Shown here: one piece after another, positions 1 through 15,000 of the stretch
Layout: each line of letters begins with the position of its first letter
Numbering within the stretch: the stretch's first letter is position 1
Assembly: GCA_964057225.1 (NCBI GenBank)
Contig: OZ059897.1
Location: 5,270,001 to 5,334,000, forward strand
Length of the DNA stretch: 64,000 nt
DNA from: Auanema rhodensis
Taxonomy: Eukaryota > Animalia > Nematoda
Reading direction: 5' to 3'
Made by a program: the position numbers and the translations under genes
Notes under the pieces: generated by a model
What the model was told of the DNA's origin: nothing
Database searches by the model: none
The model's input: the letters and a program-made list of their open reading frames with translations, nothing else

Positions 1-3000
1 TTAATTAGCATAAATTAAAGTTCACGTAAATTTCAAAGTCATGGTTACCATGCACCAATGTCAATAAAAATTTGTTTTTAGACTAATATGGACATGGGGA
101 ATCTAATTTTAAAAACCGCATCTCTTTATCTTTCACGTGAAGTGAGTTACATACCAAGTGCACATCACGTGTACATTTAATTAGCATAAATTAAAGTTCA
201 CGTAAATTTCAAAGTCATGGTTACCATGCACCAATATCAATAAAAATTTGTTTTTAGACTAATATGGACATGGGGAATCTAATTTTAAAAACCGCATCTC
301 TTTATCTTTCACGTGAAGTGAGTTACATACCAAGTGCACATCACGTGTACATTTAATTAGCATAAATTAAAGTTCACGTAAATTTCAAAGTCATGGTTAC
401 CATGCACCAATATCAATAAAAATTTGTTTTTAGACTAATATGGACATGTGGAATCTAATTTTAAAAACCGCATCTCTTTATCTTTCACGTGAAGCAAGTT
501 ACATACCAAGTGCACATCACGTGTACATTTAATTAGCATAAATTAAAGTTCACGTAAATTTCAAAGTCATGGTTACCATGCACCAATATCAATAAAAATT
601 TGTTTTTAGACTAATATGGACATGGGGAATCTAATTTCAAAAACCGCATCTCTTTATCTTTCACGTGAAGCAAGTTACATACCAAGTGCACATCACGTGT
701 ACATTTAATTAGCATAAATTAAAGTTCACGTAAATTTCAAAGTCATGGTTACCATGCACCAATATCAATAAAAATTTGTTTTTAGACTAATATGGACATG
801 TGGAATCTAATTTTGAAAACCGCATCTCTTTATCTTTCACGTGAAGTGAGTTACATACCAAGTGCACATCACGTGTACATTTAATTAGCATAAATTAAAG
901 TTCACGTAAATTTCAAAGTCATGGTTACCATGCACCAATATCAATAAAAATTTGTTTTTAGACTAATATGGACATGGGGAATCTAATTTTGAAAACCGCA
1001 TCTCTTTATCTTTCACGTGAAGCAAGTTACATACCAAGTGCACAGCACGTGTACATTTAATTAGCATAAATTAAAGTTCACGTAAATTTCAAAGTCATGG
1101 TTACCATGCACCAATATCAATAAAAATTTGTTTTTAGACTAATATGGACATGGGGAATCTAATTTTGAAAACCGCATCTCTTTATCTTTCACGTGAAGCA
1201 AGTTACATACCAAGTGCACAGCACGTGTACATTTAATTAGCATAAATTAAAGTTCACGTAAATTTCAAAGTCATGGTTACCATGCACCAATATCAATAAA
1301 AATTTGTTTTTAGACTAATATGGACATGGGGAATCTAATTTTGAAAACCGCATCTCTTTATCTTTCACGTGAAGCAAGTTACATACCAAGTGCACAGCAC
1401 GTGTACATTTAATTAGCATAAATTAAAGTTCACGTAAATTTCAAAGTCATGGTTACCATGCACCAATATCAATAAAAATTTGTTTTTAGACTAATATGGA
1501 CATGGGGAATCTAATTTTGAAAACCGCATCTCTTTATCTTTCACGTGAAGCAAGTTACATACCAAGTGCACATCACGTGCACATTTAATTAGCATAAATT
1601 AAAGTTCACGTAAATTTCGAAGTCATGGTTACCATGCACCAATATCAATAAAAATTTGTTTTTAGACTAATATGGACATGGGGAATCTAATTTTGAAAAC
1701 CGCATCTCTTTATCTTTCACGTGAAGCAAGTTACATACCAAGTGCACATCACGTGTACATTTAATTAGCATAAATTAAAGTTCACGTAAATTTCAAAGTC
1801 ATGGTTACCATGCACCAATATCAATAAAAATTTGTTTTTAGACTAATATGGACATGGGGAATCTAATTTTGAAAACCGCATCTCTTTATCTTTCACGTGA
1901 AGCAAGTTACATACCAAGTGCACATCACGTGCACATTTAATTAGCATAAATTAAAGTTCACGTAAATTTCAAAGTCATGGTTACCATGCACTAATATCAA
2001 TAAAAATTTGTTTTCAGACTAATATGGACATGGGGAATCTAATTTTGAAAACCGCATCTCTTTATCTTTCACGTGAAGCAAGTTACATACCAAGTGCACA
2101 TCACGTGCACATTTAATTAGCATAAATTAAAGTTCACGTAAATTTCAAAGTCATGGTTACCATGCACCAATATCAATAAAAATTTGTTTTTAGACTAATA
2201 TGGACATGAGGAATCTAATTTTGAAAACCGCATCTCTTTATCTTTCACGTGAAGCAAGTTACATACCAAGTGCACATCACGTGCACATTTAATTAGCATA
2301 AATTAAAGTTCACGTAAATTTCAAAGTCATGGTTACCATGCACCAATATCAATAAAAATTTGTTTTTAGACTAATATGGACATGGGGAATCTAATTTTGA
2401 AAACCGCATCTCTTTATCTTTCACGTGAAGCAAGTTACATACCAAGTGCACATCACGTGCACATTTAATTAGCATAAATTAAAGTTCACGTAAATTTCAA
2501 AGTCATGGTTACCATGCACCAAAATCAATAAAAATTTGTTTTTAGACTAATATGGACATGGGGAATCTAATTTTGAAAACCGCATCTCTTTATCTTTCAC
2601 GTGAAGCAAGTTACATACCAAGTGCACATCACGTGCACATTTAATTAGCATAAATTAAAGTTCACGTAAATTTCAAAGTCATGGTTACCATGCACCAATA
2701 TCAATAAAAATTTGTTTTTAGACTAATATGGACATGGGGAATCTAATTTTGAAAACCGCATCTCTTTATCTTTCACGTGAAGCAAGTTACATACCAAGTG
2801 CACATCACGTGTACATTTAATTAGCATAAATTAAAGTTCACGTAAATTTTAAAGTCATGGTTACCATGCACCAATATCAATAAAAATTTGTTTTTAGACT
2901 AATATGGACATGGGGAATCTAATTTTGAAAACCGCATCTCTTTATCTTTCACGTGAAGCAAGTTACATACCAAGTGCACATCACGTGCACATTTAATTAG

Positions 3001-6000
3001 CATAAATTAAAGTTCACGTAAATTTCAAAGTCATCGTTACCATGCACCAATATCAATAAAAATTTGTTTTTAGACTAATATGGACATGGGGAATCTAATT
3101 TTGAAAACCGCATCTCTTTATCTTTCACGTGAAGCGAGTTACATACCAAGTGCACATCACGTGTACATTTAATTAGCATAAATTAAAGTTCACGTAAATT
3201 TCAAAGTCATGGTTACCATGCACCAATATCAATAAAAATTTGTTTTTAGACTAATATGGACATGGGGAATCTAATTTTAAAAACCGCATCTCTTTATCTT
3301 TCACGTGAAGCGAGTTACATACCAAGTGCACATCACGTGTACATTTAATTAGCATAAATTAAAGTTCACGTAAATTTCAAAGTCATGGTTACCATGCACC
3401 AATGTCAATAAAAATTTGTTTTTAGACTAATATGGACATGGGGAATCTAATTTTAAAAACCGCATCTCTTTATCTTTCACGTGAAGTGAGTTACATACCA
3501 AGTGCACATCACGTGTACATTTAATTAGCATAAATTAAAGTTCACGTAAATTTCAAAGTCATGGTTACCATGCACCAATATCAATAAAAATTTGTTTTTA
3601 GACTAATATGGACATGGGGAATCTAATTTTAAAAACCGCATCTCTTTATCTTTCACGTGAAGTGAGTTACATACCAAGTGCACATCACGTGTACATTTAA
3701 TTAGCATAAATTAAAGTTCACGTAAATTTCAAAGTCATGGTTACCATGCACCAATATCAATAAAAATTTGTTTTTAGACTAATATGGACATGTGGAATCT
3801 AATTTTAAAAACCGCATCTCTTTATCTTTCACGTGAAGCAAGTTACATACCAAGTGCACATCACGTGTACATTTAATTAGCATAAATTAAAGTTCACGTA
3901 AATTTCAAAGTCATGGTTACCATGCACCAATATCAATAAAAATTTGTTTTTAGACTAATATGGACATGGGGAATCTAATTTCAAAAACCGCATCTCTTTA
4001 TCTTTCACGTGAAGCAAGTTACATACCAAGTGCACATCACGTGTACATTTAATTAGCATAAATTAAAGTTCACGTAAATTTCAAAGTCATGGTTACCATG
4101 CACCAATATCAATAAAAATTTGTTTTTAGACTAATATGGACATGTGGAATCTAATTTTGAAAACCGCATCTCTTTATCTTTCACGTGAAGTGAGTTACAT
4201 ACCAAGTGCACATCACGTGTACATTTAATTAGCATAAATTAAAGTTCACGTAAATTTCAAAGTCATGGTTACCATGCACCAATATCAATAAAAATTTGTT
4301 TTTAGACTAATATGGACATGGGGAATCTAATTTTGAAAACCGCATCTCTTTATCTTTCACGTGAAGCAAGTTACATACCAAGTGCACAGCACGTGTACAT
4401 TTAATTAGCATAAATTAAAGTTCACGTAAATTTCAAAGTCATGGTTACCATGCACCAATATCAATAAAAATTTGTTTTTAGACTAATATGGACATGGGGA
4501 ATCTAATTTTGAAAACCGCATCTCTTTATCTTTCACGTGAAGCAAGTTACATACCAAGTGCACAGCACGTGTACATTTAATTAGCATAAATTAAAGTTCA
4601 CGTAAATTTCAAAGTCATGGTTACCATGCACCAATATCAATAAAAATTTGTTTTTAGACTAATATGGACATGGGGAATCTAATTTTGAAAACCGCATCTC
4701 TTTATCTTTCACGTGAAGCAAGTTACATACCAAGTGCACAGCACGTGTACATTTAATTAGCATAAATTAAAGTTCACGTAAATTTCAAAGTCATGGTTAC
4801 CATGCACCAATATCAATAAAAATTTGTTTTTAGACTAATATGGACATGGGGAATCTAATTTTGAAAACCGCATCTCTTTATCTTTCACGTGAAGCAAGTT
4901 ACATACCAAGTGCACAGCACGTGTACATTTAATTAGCATAAATTAAAGTTCACGTAAATTTCAAAGTCATGGTTACCATGCACCAATATCAATAAAAATT
5001 TGTTTTTAGACTAATATGGACATGGGGAATCTAATTTTGAAAACCGCATCTCTTTATCTTTCACGTGAAGCGAGTTACATACCAAGTGCACATCACGTGT
5101 ACATTTAATTAGCATAAATTAAAGTTCACGTAAATTTCAAAGTCTTGGTTACCATGCACCAATATCAATAAAAATTTGTTTTTAGACTAATATGGACATG
5201 GGGAATCTAATTTTGAAAACCGCATCTCTTTATATTTCACGTGAAGCAAGTTACATACCAAGTGCACATCACGTGTACATTTAATTAGCATAAATTAAAG
5301 TTCACGTAAATTTCAAAGTCATGGTTACCATGCACCAATATCAATAAAAATTTGTTTTTAGACTAATATGGACATGTGGAATCTAATTTTGAAAACCGCA
5401 TCTCTTTATCTTTCACGTGAAGTGAGTTACATACCAAGTGCACATCACGTGTACATTTAATTAGCATAAATTAAAGTTCACGTAAATTTCAAAGTCATGG
5501 TTACCATGCACCAATATCAATAAAAATTTGTTTTTAGACTAATATGGACATGGGGAATCTAATTTTGAAAACCGCATCTCTTTATCTTTCACGTGAAGCA
5601 AGTTACATACCAAGTGCACAGCACGTGTACATTTAATTAGCATAAATTAAAGTTCACGTAAATTTCAAAGTCATGGTTACCATGCACCAATATCAATAAA
5701 AATTTGTTTTTAGACTAATATGGACATGGGGAATCTAATTTTGAAAACCGCATCTCTTTATCTTTCACGTGAAGCAAGTTACATACCAAGTGCACAGCAC
5801 GTGTACATTTAATTAGCATAAATTAAAGTTCACGTAAATTTCAAAGTCATGGTTACCATGCACCAATATCAATAAAAATTTGTTTTTAGACTAATATGGA
5901 CATGGGGAATCTAATTTTGAAAACCGCATCTCTTTATCTTTCACGTGAAGCGAGTTACATACAAAGTGCACATCACGTGTACATTTAATTAGCATAAATT

Positions 6001-9000
6001 AAAGTTCACGTAAATTTCAAAGTCTTGGTTACCATGCACCAATATCAATAAAAATTTGTTTTTAGACTAATATGGACATGGGGAATCTAATTTTGAAAAC
6101 CGCATCTCTTTATATTTCACGTGAAGCAAGTTACATACCAAGTGCACATCACGTGTACATTTAATTAGCATAAATTAAAGTTCACGTAAATTTCAAAGTC
6201 ATGGTTACCATGCACCAATATCAATAAAAATTTGTTTTTAGACTAATATGGACATGTGGAATCTAATTTTAAAAACCGCATCTCTTTATCTTTCACGTGA
6301 AGCAAGTTACATACCAAGTGCACATCACGTGTACATTTAATTAGCATAAATTAAAGTTCACGTAAATTTCAAAGTCATGGTTACCATGCACCAATATCAA
6401 TAAAAATTTGTTTTTAGACTAATATGGACATGGGGAATCTAATTTCAAAAACCGCATCTCTTTATCTTTCACGTGAAGCAAGTTACATACCAAGTGCACA
6501 TCACGTGTACATTTAATTAGCATAAATTAAAGTTCACGTAAATTTCAAAGTCATGGTTACCATGCACCAATATCAATAAAAATTTGTTTTTAGACTAATA
6601 TGGACATGTGGAATCTAATTTTGAAAACCGCATCTCTTTATCTTTCACGTGAAGTGAGTTACATACCAAGTGCACATCACGTGTACATTTAATTAGCATA
6701 AATTAAAGTTCACGTAAATTTCAAAGTCATGGTTACCATGCACCAATATCAATAAAAATTTGTTTTTAGACTAATATGGACATGGGGAATCTAATTTTGA
6801 AAACCGCATCTCTTTATCTTTCACGTGAAGCAAGTTACATACCAAGTGCACAGCACGTGTACATTTAATTAGCATAAATTAAAGTTCACGTAAATTTCAA
6901 AGTCATGGTTACCATGCACCAATATCAATAAAAATTTGTTTTTAGACTAATATGGACATGGGGAATCTAATTTTGAAAACCGCATCTCTTTATCTTTCAC
7001 GTGAAGCAAGTTACATACCAAGTGCACAGCACGTGTACATTTAATTAGCATAAATTAAAGTTCACGTAAATTTCAAAGTCATGGTTACCATGCACCAATA
7101 TCAATAAAAATTTGTTTTTAGACTAATATGGACATGGGGAATCTAATTTTGAAAACCGCATCTCTTTATCTTTCACGTGAAGCGAGTTACATACCAAGTG
7201 CACATCACGTGTACATTTAATTAGCATAAATTAAAGTTCACGTAAATTTCAAAGTCTTGGTTACCATGCACCAATATCAATAAAAATTTGTTTTTAGACT
7301 AATATGGACATGGGGAATCTAATTTTGAAAACCGCATCTCTTTATATTTCACGTGAAGCAAGTTACATACCAAGTGCACATCACGTGTACATTTAATTAG
7401 CATAAATTAAAGTTCACGTAAATTTCAAAGTCATGGTTACCATGCACCAATATCAATAAAAATTTGTTTTTAGACTAATATGGACATGTGGAATCTAATT
7501 TTAAAAACCGCATCTCTTTATCTTTCACGTGAAGCAAGTTACATACCAAGTGCACATCACGTGTACATTTAATTAGCATAAATTAAAGTTCACGTAAATT
7601 TCAAAGTCATGGTTACCATGCACCAATATCAATAAAAATTTGTTTTTAGACTAATATGGACATGGGGAATCTAATTTCAAAAACCGCATCTCTTTATCTT
7701 TCACGTGAAGCAAGTTACATACCAAGTGCACATCACGTGTACATTTAATTAGCATAAATTAAAGTTCACGTAAATTTCAAAGTCATGGTTACCATGCACC
7801 AATATCAATAAAAATTTGTTTTTAGACTAATATGGACATGTGGAATCTAATTTTGAAAACCGCATCTCTTTATCTTTCACGTGAAGTGAGTTACATACCA
7901 AGTGCACATCACGTGTACATTTAATTAGCATAAATTAAAGTTCACGTAAATTTCAAAGTCATGGTTACCATGCACCAATATCAATAAAAATTTGTTTTTA
8001 GACTAATATGGACATGGGGAATCTAATTTTGAAAACCGCATCTCTTTATCTTTCACGTGAAGCAAGTTACATACCAAGTGCACAGCACGTGTACATTTAA
8101 TTAGCATAAATTAAAGTTCACGTAAATTTCAAAGTCATGGTTACCATGCACCAATATCAATAAAAATTTGTTTTTAGACTAATATGGACATGGGGAATCT
8201 AATTTTGAAAACCGCATCTCTTTATCTTTCACGTGAAGCAAGTTACATACCACGTGCACAGCACGTGTACATTTAATTAGCATAAATTAAAGTTCACGTA
8301 AATTTCAAAGTCATGGTTACCATGCACCAATATCAATAAAAATTTGTTTTTAGACTAATATGGACATGGGGAATCTAATTTTGAAAACCGCATCTCTTTA
8401 TCTTTCACGTGAAGCGAGTTACATACCAAGTGCACATCACGTGTACATTTAATTAGCATAAATTAAAGTTCACGTAAATTTCAAAGTCTTGGTTACCATG
8501 CACCAATATCAATAAAAATTTGTTTTTAGACTAATATGGACATGGGGAATCTAATTTTGAAAACCGCATCTCTTTATATTTCACGTGAAGCAAGTTACAT
8601 ACCAAGTGCACATCACGTGTACATTTAATTAGCATAAATTAAAGTTCACGTAAATTTCAAAGTCATGGTTACCATGCACCAATGTCAATAAAAATTTGTT
8701 TTTAGACTAATATGGACATGGGGAATCTAATTTTAAAAACCGCATCTCTTTATCTTTCACGTGAAGTGAGTTACATACCAAGTGCACATCACGTGTACAT
8801 TTAATTAGCATAAATTAAAGTTCACGTAAATTTCAAAGTCATGGTTACCATGCACCAATATCAATAAAAATTTGTTTTTAGACTAATATGGACATGGGGA
8901 ATCTAATTTTAAAAACCGCATCTCTTTATCTTTCACTTGAAGCGAGTTACATACCAACTGCACATCACGTGTACATTTAATTAGCATAAATTAAAGTTCA

Positions 9001-12000
9001 CGTAAATTTCAAAGTCATGGTTACCATGCACTAATATCAATAAAAATTTGTTTTTAGACTAATATGGACATGGGGAATCTAATTTTAAAAACCGCATCTC
9101 TTTATCTTTCACGTGAAGTGAGTTACATACCAAGTGCACATCACGTGTACATTTAATTAGCATAAATTAAAGTTCACGTAAATTTCAAAGTCATGGTTAC
9201 CATGCACCAATATCAATAAAAATTTGTTTTTAGACTAATATGGACATGGGGAATCTAATTTTAAAAACCGCATCTCTTTATCTTTCACGTGAAGTGAGTT
9301 ACATACCAAGTGCACATCACGTGTACATTTAATTAGCATAAATTAAAGTTCACGTAAATTTCAAAGTCATGGTTACCATGCACTAATATCAATAAAAATT
9401 TGTTTTTAGACTAATATGGACATGGGGAATCTAATTTTAAAAACCGCATCTCTTTATCTTTCACGTGAAGTGAGTTACATACCAAGTGCACATCACGTGT
9501 ACATTTAATTAGCATAAATTAAAGTTCACGTAAATTTCAAAGTCATGGTTACCATGCACCAATATCAATAAAAATTTGTTTTTAGACTAATATGGACATG
9601 GGGAATCTAATTTCAAAAACCGCATCTCTTTATCTTTCACGTGAAGCAAGTTACATACCAAGTGCACATCACGTGTACATTTAATTAGCATAAATTAAAG
9701 TTCACGTAAATTTCAAAGTCATGGTTACCATGCACCAATATCAATAAAAATTTGTTTTTAGACTAATATGGACATGTGGAATCTAATTTTGAAAACCGCA
9801 TCTCTTTATCTTTCACGTGAAGCAAGTTACATACCAAATGCACATCACGTGTACATTTAATTAGCATAAATTAAAGTTCACGTAAATTTCAAAGTCATGG
9901 TTACCATGCACCAATATCAATAAAAATTTGTTTTTAGACTAATATGGACATGTGGAATCTAATTTTGAAAACCGCATCTCTTTATCTTTCACGTGAAGTG
10001 AGTTACATACCAAGTGCACATCACGTGTACATTTAATTAGCATAAATTAAAGTTCACGTAAATTTCAAAGTCATGGTTACCATGCACCAATATCAATAAA
10101 AATTTGTTTTTAGACTAATATGGACATGGGGAATCTAATTTTGAAAACCGCATCTCTTTATCTTTCACGTGAAGCAAGTTACATACCAAGTGCACAGCAC
10201 GTGTACATTTAATTAGCATAAATTAAAGTTCACGTAAATTTCAAAGTCATGGTTACCATGCACCAATATCAATAAAAATTTGTTTTTAGACTAATATGGA
10301 CATGGGGAATCTAATTTTGAAAACCGCATCTCTTTATCTTTCACGTGAAGCAAGTTACATACCAAGTGCACAGCACGTGTACATTTAATTAGCATAAATT
10401 AAAGTTCACGTAAATTTCAAAGTCATGGTTACCATGCACCAATATCAATAAAAATTTGTTTTTAGACTAATATGGACATGGGGAATCTAATTTTGAAAAC
10501 CGCATCTCTTTATCTTTCACGTGAAGCGAGTTACATACCAAGTGCACATCACGTGTACATTTAATTAGCATAAATTAAAGTTCACGTAAATTTCAAAGTC
10601 TTGGTTACCATGCACCAATATCAATAAAAATTTGTTTTTAGACTAATATGGAGATGGGGAATCTAATTTTGAAAACCGCATCTCTTTATCTTTCACTTGA
10701 AGCGAGTTACATACCAAGTGCACATCACGTGTACATTTAATTAGCATAAATTAAAGTTCACGTAAATTTCAAAGTCATGGTTACCATGCACCAATGTCAA
10801 TAAAAATTTGTTTTTAGACTAATATGGACATGGGGAATCTAATTTTAAAAACCGCATCTCTTTATCTTTCACGTGAAGTGAGTTACATACCAAGTGCACA
10901 TCACGTGTACATTTAATTAGCATAAATTAAAGTTCACGTAAATTTCAAAGTCATGGTTACCATGCACCAATATCAATAAAAATTTGTTTTTAGACTAATA
11001 TGGACATGGGGAATCTAATTTTAAAAACCGCATCTCTTTATCTTTCACGTGAAGTGAGTTACATACCAAGTGCACATCACGTGTACATTTAATTAGCATA
11101 AATTAAAGTTCACGTAAATTTCAAAGTCATGGTTACCATGCACTAATATCAATAAAAATTTGTTTTTAGACTAATATGGACATGGGGAATCTAATTTTAA
11201 AAACCGCATCTCTTTATCTTTCACGTGAAGTGAGTTACATACCAAGTGCACATCACGTGTACATTTAATTAGCATAAATTAAAGTTCACGTAAATTTCAA
11301 AGTCATGGTTACCATGCACCAATATCAATAAAAATTTGTTTTTAGACTAATATGGACATGGGGAATCTAATTTTAAAAACCGCATCTCTTTATCTTTCAC
11401 TTGAAGCGAGTTACATACCAAGTGCACATCACGTGTACATTTAATTAGCATAAATTAAAGTTCACGTAAATTTCAAAGTCATGGTTACCATGCACTAATA
11501 TCAATAAAAATTTGTTTTTAGACTAATATGGACATGGGGAATCTAATTTTAAAAACCGCATCTCTTTATCTTTCACGTGAAGTGAGTTACATACCAAGTG
11601 CACATCACGTGTACATTTAATTAGCATAAATTAAAGTTCACGTAAATTTCAAAGTCATGGTTACCATGCACCAATATCAATAAAAATTTGTTTTTAGACT
11701 AATATGGACATGGGGAATCTAATTTTAAAAACCGCATCTCTTTATCTTTCACGTGAAGTGAGTTACATACCAAGTGCACATCACGTGTACATTTAATTAG
11801 CATAAATTAAAGTTCACGTAAATTTCAAAGTCATGGTTACCATGCACCAATATCAATAAAAATTTGTTTTTAGACTAATATGGACATGTGGAATCTAATT
11901 TTAAAAACCGCATCTCTTTATCTTTCACGTGAAGCAAGTTACATACCAAGTGCACATCACGTGTACATTTAATTAGCATAAATTAAAGTTCACGTAAATT

Positions 12001-15000
12001 TCAAAGTCATGGTTACCATGCACCAATATCAATAAAAATTTGTTTTTAGACTAATATGGACATGGGGAATCTAATTTCAAAAACCGCATCTCTTTATCTT
12101 TCACGTGAAGCAAGTTACATACCAAGTGCACATCACGTGTACATTTAATTAGCATAAATTAAAGTTCACGTAAATTTCAAAGTCATGGTTACCATGCACC
12201 AATATCAATAAAAATTTGTTTTTAGACTAATATGGACATGTGGAATCTAATTTTGAAAACCGCATCTCTTTATCTTTCACGTGAAGCGAGTTACATACCA
12301 AGTGCACATCACGTGTACATTTAATTAGCATAAATTAAAGTTCACGTAAATTTCAAAGTCATGGTTACCATGCACCAATGTCAATAAAAATTTGTTTTTA
12401 GACTAATATGGACATGGGGAATCTAATTTTAAAAACCGCATCTCTTTATCTTTCACGTGAAGTGAGTTACATACCAAGTGCACATCACGTGTACATTTAA
12501 TTAGCATAAATTAAAGTTCACGTAAATTTCAAAGTCATGGTTACCATGCACCAATATCAATAAAAATTTGTTTTTAGACTAATATGGACATGGGGAATCT
12601 AATTTTAAAAACCGCATCTCTTTATCTTTCACGTGAAGTGAGTTACATACCAAGTGCACATCACGTGTACATTTAATTAGCATAAATTAAAGTTCACGTA
12701 AATTTCAAAGTCATGGTTACCATGCACTAATATCAATAAAAATTTGTTTTTAGACTAATATGGACATGGGGAATCTAATTTTAAAAACCGCATCTCTTTA
12801 TCTTTCACGTGAAGTGAGTTACATACCAAGTGCACATCACGTGTACATTTAATTAGCATAAATTAAAGTTCACGTAAATTTCAAAGTCATGGTTACCATG
12901 CACCAATATCAATAAAAATTTGTTTTTAGACTAATATGGACATGGGGAATCTAATTTTAAAAACCGCATCTCTTTATCTTTCACTTGAAGCGAGTTACAT
13001 ACCAAGTGCACATCACGTGTACATTTAATTAGCATAAATTAAAGTTCACGTAAATTTCAAAGTCATGGTTACCATGCACTAATATCAATAAAAATTTGTT
13101 TTTAGACTAATATGGACATGGGGAATCTAATTTTAAAAACCGCATCTCTTTATCTTTCACGTGAAGTGAGTTACATACCAAGTGCACATCACGTGTACAT
13201 TTAATTAGCATAAATTAAAGTTCACGTAAATTTCAAAGTCATGGTTACCATGCACCAATATCAATAAAAATTTGTTTTTAGACTAATATGGACATGGGGA
13301 ATCTAATTTTAAAAACCGCATCTCTTTATCTTTCACGTGAAGTGAGTTACATACCAAGTGCACATCACGTGTACATTTAATTAGCATAAATTAAAGTTCA
13401 CGTAAATTTCAAAGTCATGGTTACCATGCACCAATATCAATAAAAATTTGTTTTTAGACTAATATGGACATGTGGAATCTAATTTTAAAAACCGCATCTC
13501 TTTATCTTTCACGTGAAGCAAGTTACATACCAAGTGCACATCACGTGTACATTTAATTAGCATAAATTAAAGTTCACGTAAATTTCAAAGTCATGGTTAC
13601 CATGCACCAATATCAATAAAAATTTGTTTTTAGACTAATATGGACATGGGGAATCTAATTTCAAAAACCGCATCTCTTTATCTTTCACGTGAAGCAAGTT
13701 ACATACCAAGTGCACATCACGTGTACATTTAATTAGCATAAATTAAAGTTCACGTAAATTTCAAAGTCATGGTTACCATGCACCAATATCAATAAAAATT
13801 TGTTTTTAGACTAATATGGACATGTGGAATCTAATTTTGAAAACCGCATCTCTTTATCTTTCACGTGAAGCGAGTTACATACCAAGTGCACATCACGTGC
13901 ACATTTAATTAGCATAAATTAAAGTTCACGTAAATTTCAAAGTCATGGTTACCATGCACCAATATCAATAAAAATTTGTTTTTAGACTAATATGGACATG
14001 GGGAATCTAATTTTAAAAACCGCATCTCTTTATCTTTCAGGTGAAGTGAGTTACATACCAAGTGCACATCACGTGTACATTTAATTAGCATAAATTAAAG
14101 TTCACGTAAATTTCAAAGTCATGGTTACCATGCACCAATATCAATAAAAATTTGTTTTTAGACTAATATGGACATGGGGAATCTAATTTTGAAAACCGCA
14201 TTATCTTTCACGTGAAGCGAGTTACATACCAAGTGCACATCACGTGTACATTTAATTAGCATAAATTAAAGTTCACGTAAATTTCAAAGTCATGGTTACC
14301 ATGCACTAATATCAATAAAAATTTGTTTTTAGACTAATATGGACATGGGGAATCTAATCTTGAAAACCGCATCTCTTTATCTTTCACGTGAAGTGGGTTA
14401 CATACCAAGTGCACATCACGTGTACATTTAATTAGCATAAATTATAGTTCACGTAAATTTCAAAGTCATGGTTACCATGCACCAATATCAATAAAAATTT
14501 GTTTTTAGACTAATATGGACATGGGGAATCTAATTTTGAAAACCGCATCTCTTTATCTTTCACGTGAAGCGAGTTACATACCAAGTGCACATCACGTGCA
14601 CATTTAATTAGCATAAATTAAAGTTCACGTAAATTTCAAAGTCATGGTTACCATGCACCAATATCAATAAAAATTTGTTTTTAGACTAATATGGACATGG
14701 GGAATCTAATTTTAAAAACCGCATCTCTTTATCTTTCACGTGAAGCAAGTTACATACCAAGTGCACATCACGTGTACATTTAATTAGCATAAATTAAAGT
14801 TCACGTAAATTTCAAAGTCATGGTTACCATGCACCAATATCAATAAAAATTTGTTTTCAGACTAATATGGACATGGGGAATCTCATTTTGAAAACCGCAT
14901 TATCTTTCACGTGAAGCGAGTTACATACCAAGTGCATATCACGTGTACATTTAATTAGCATAACTTAAAGTTCACGTAAATTTCAAAGTTATGGTTACCA

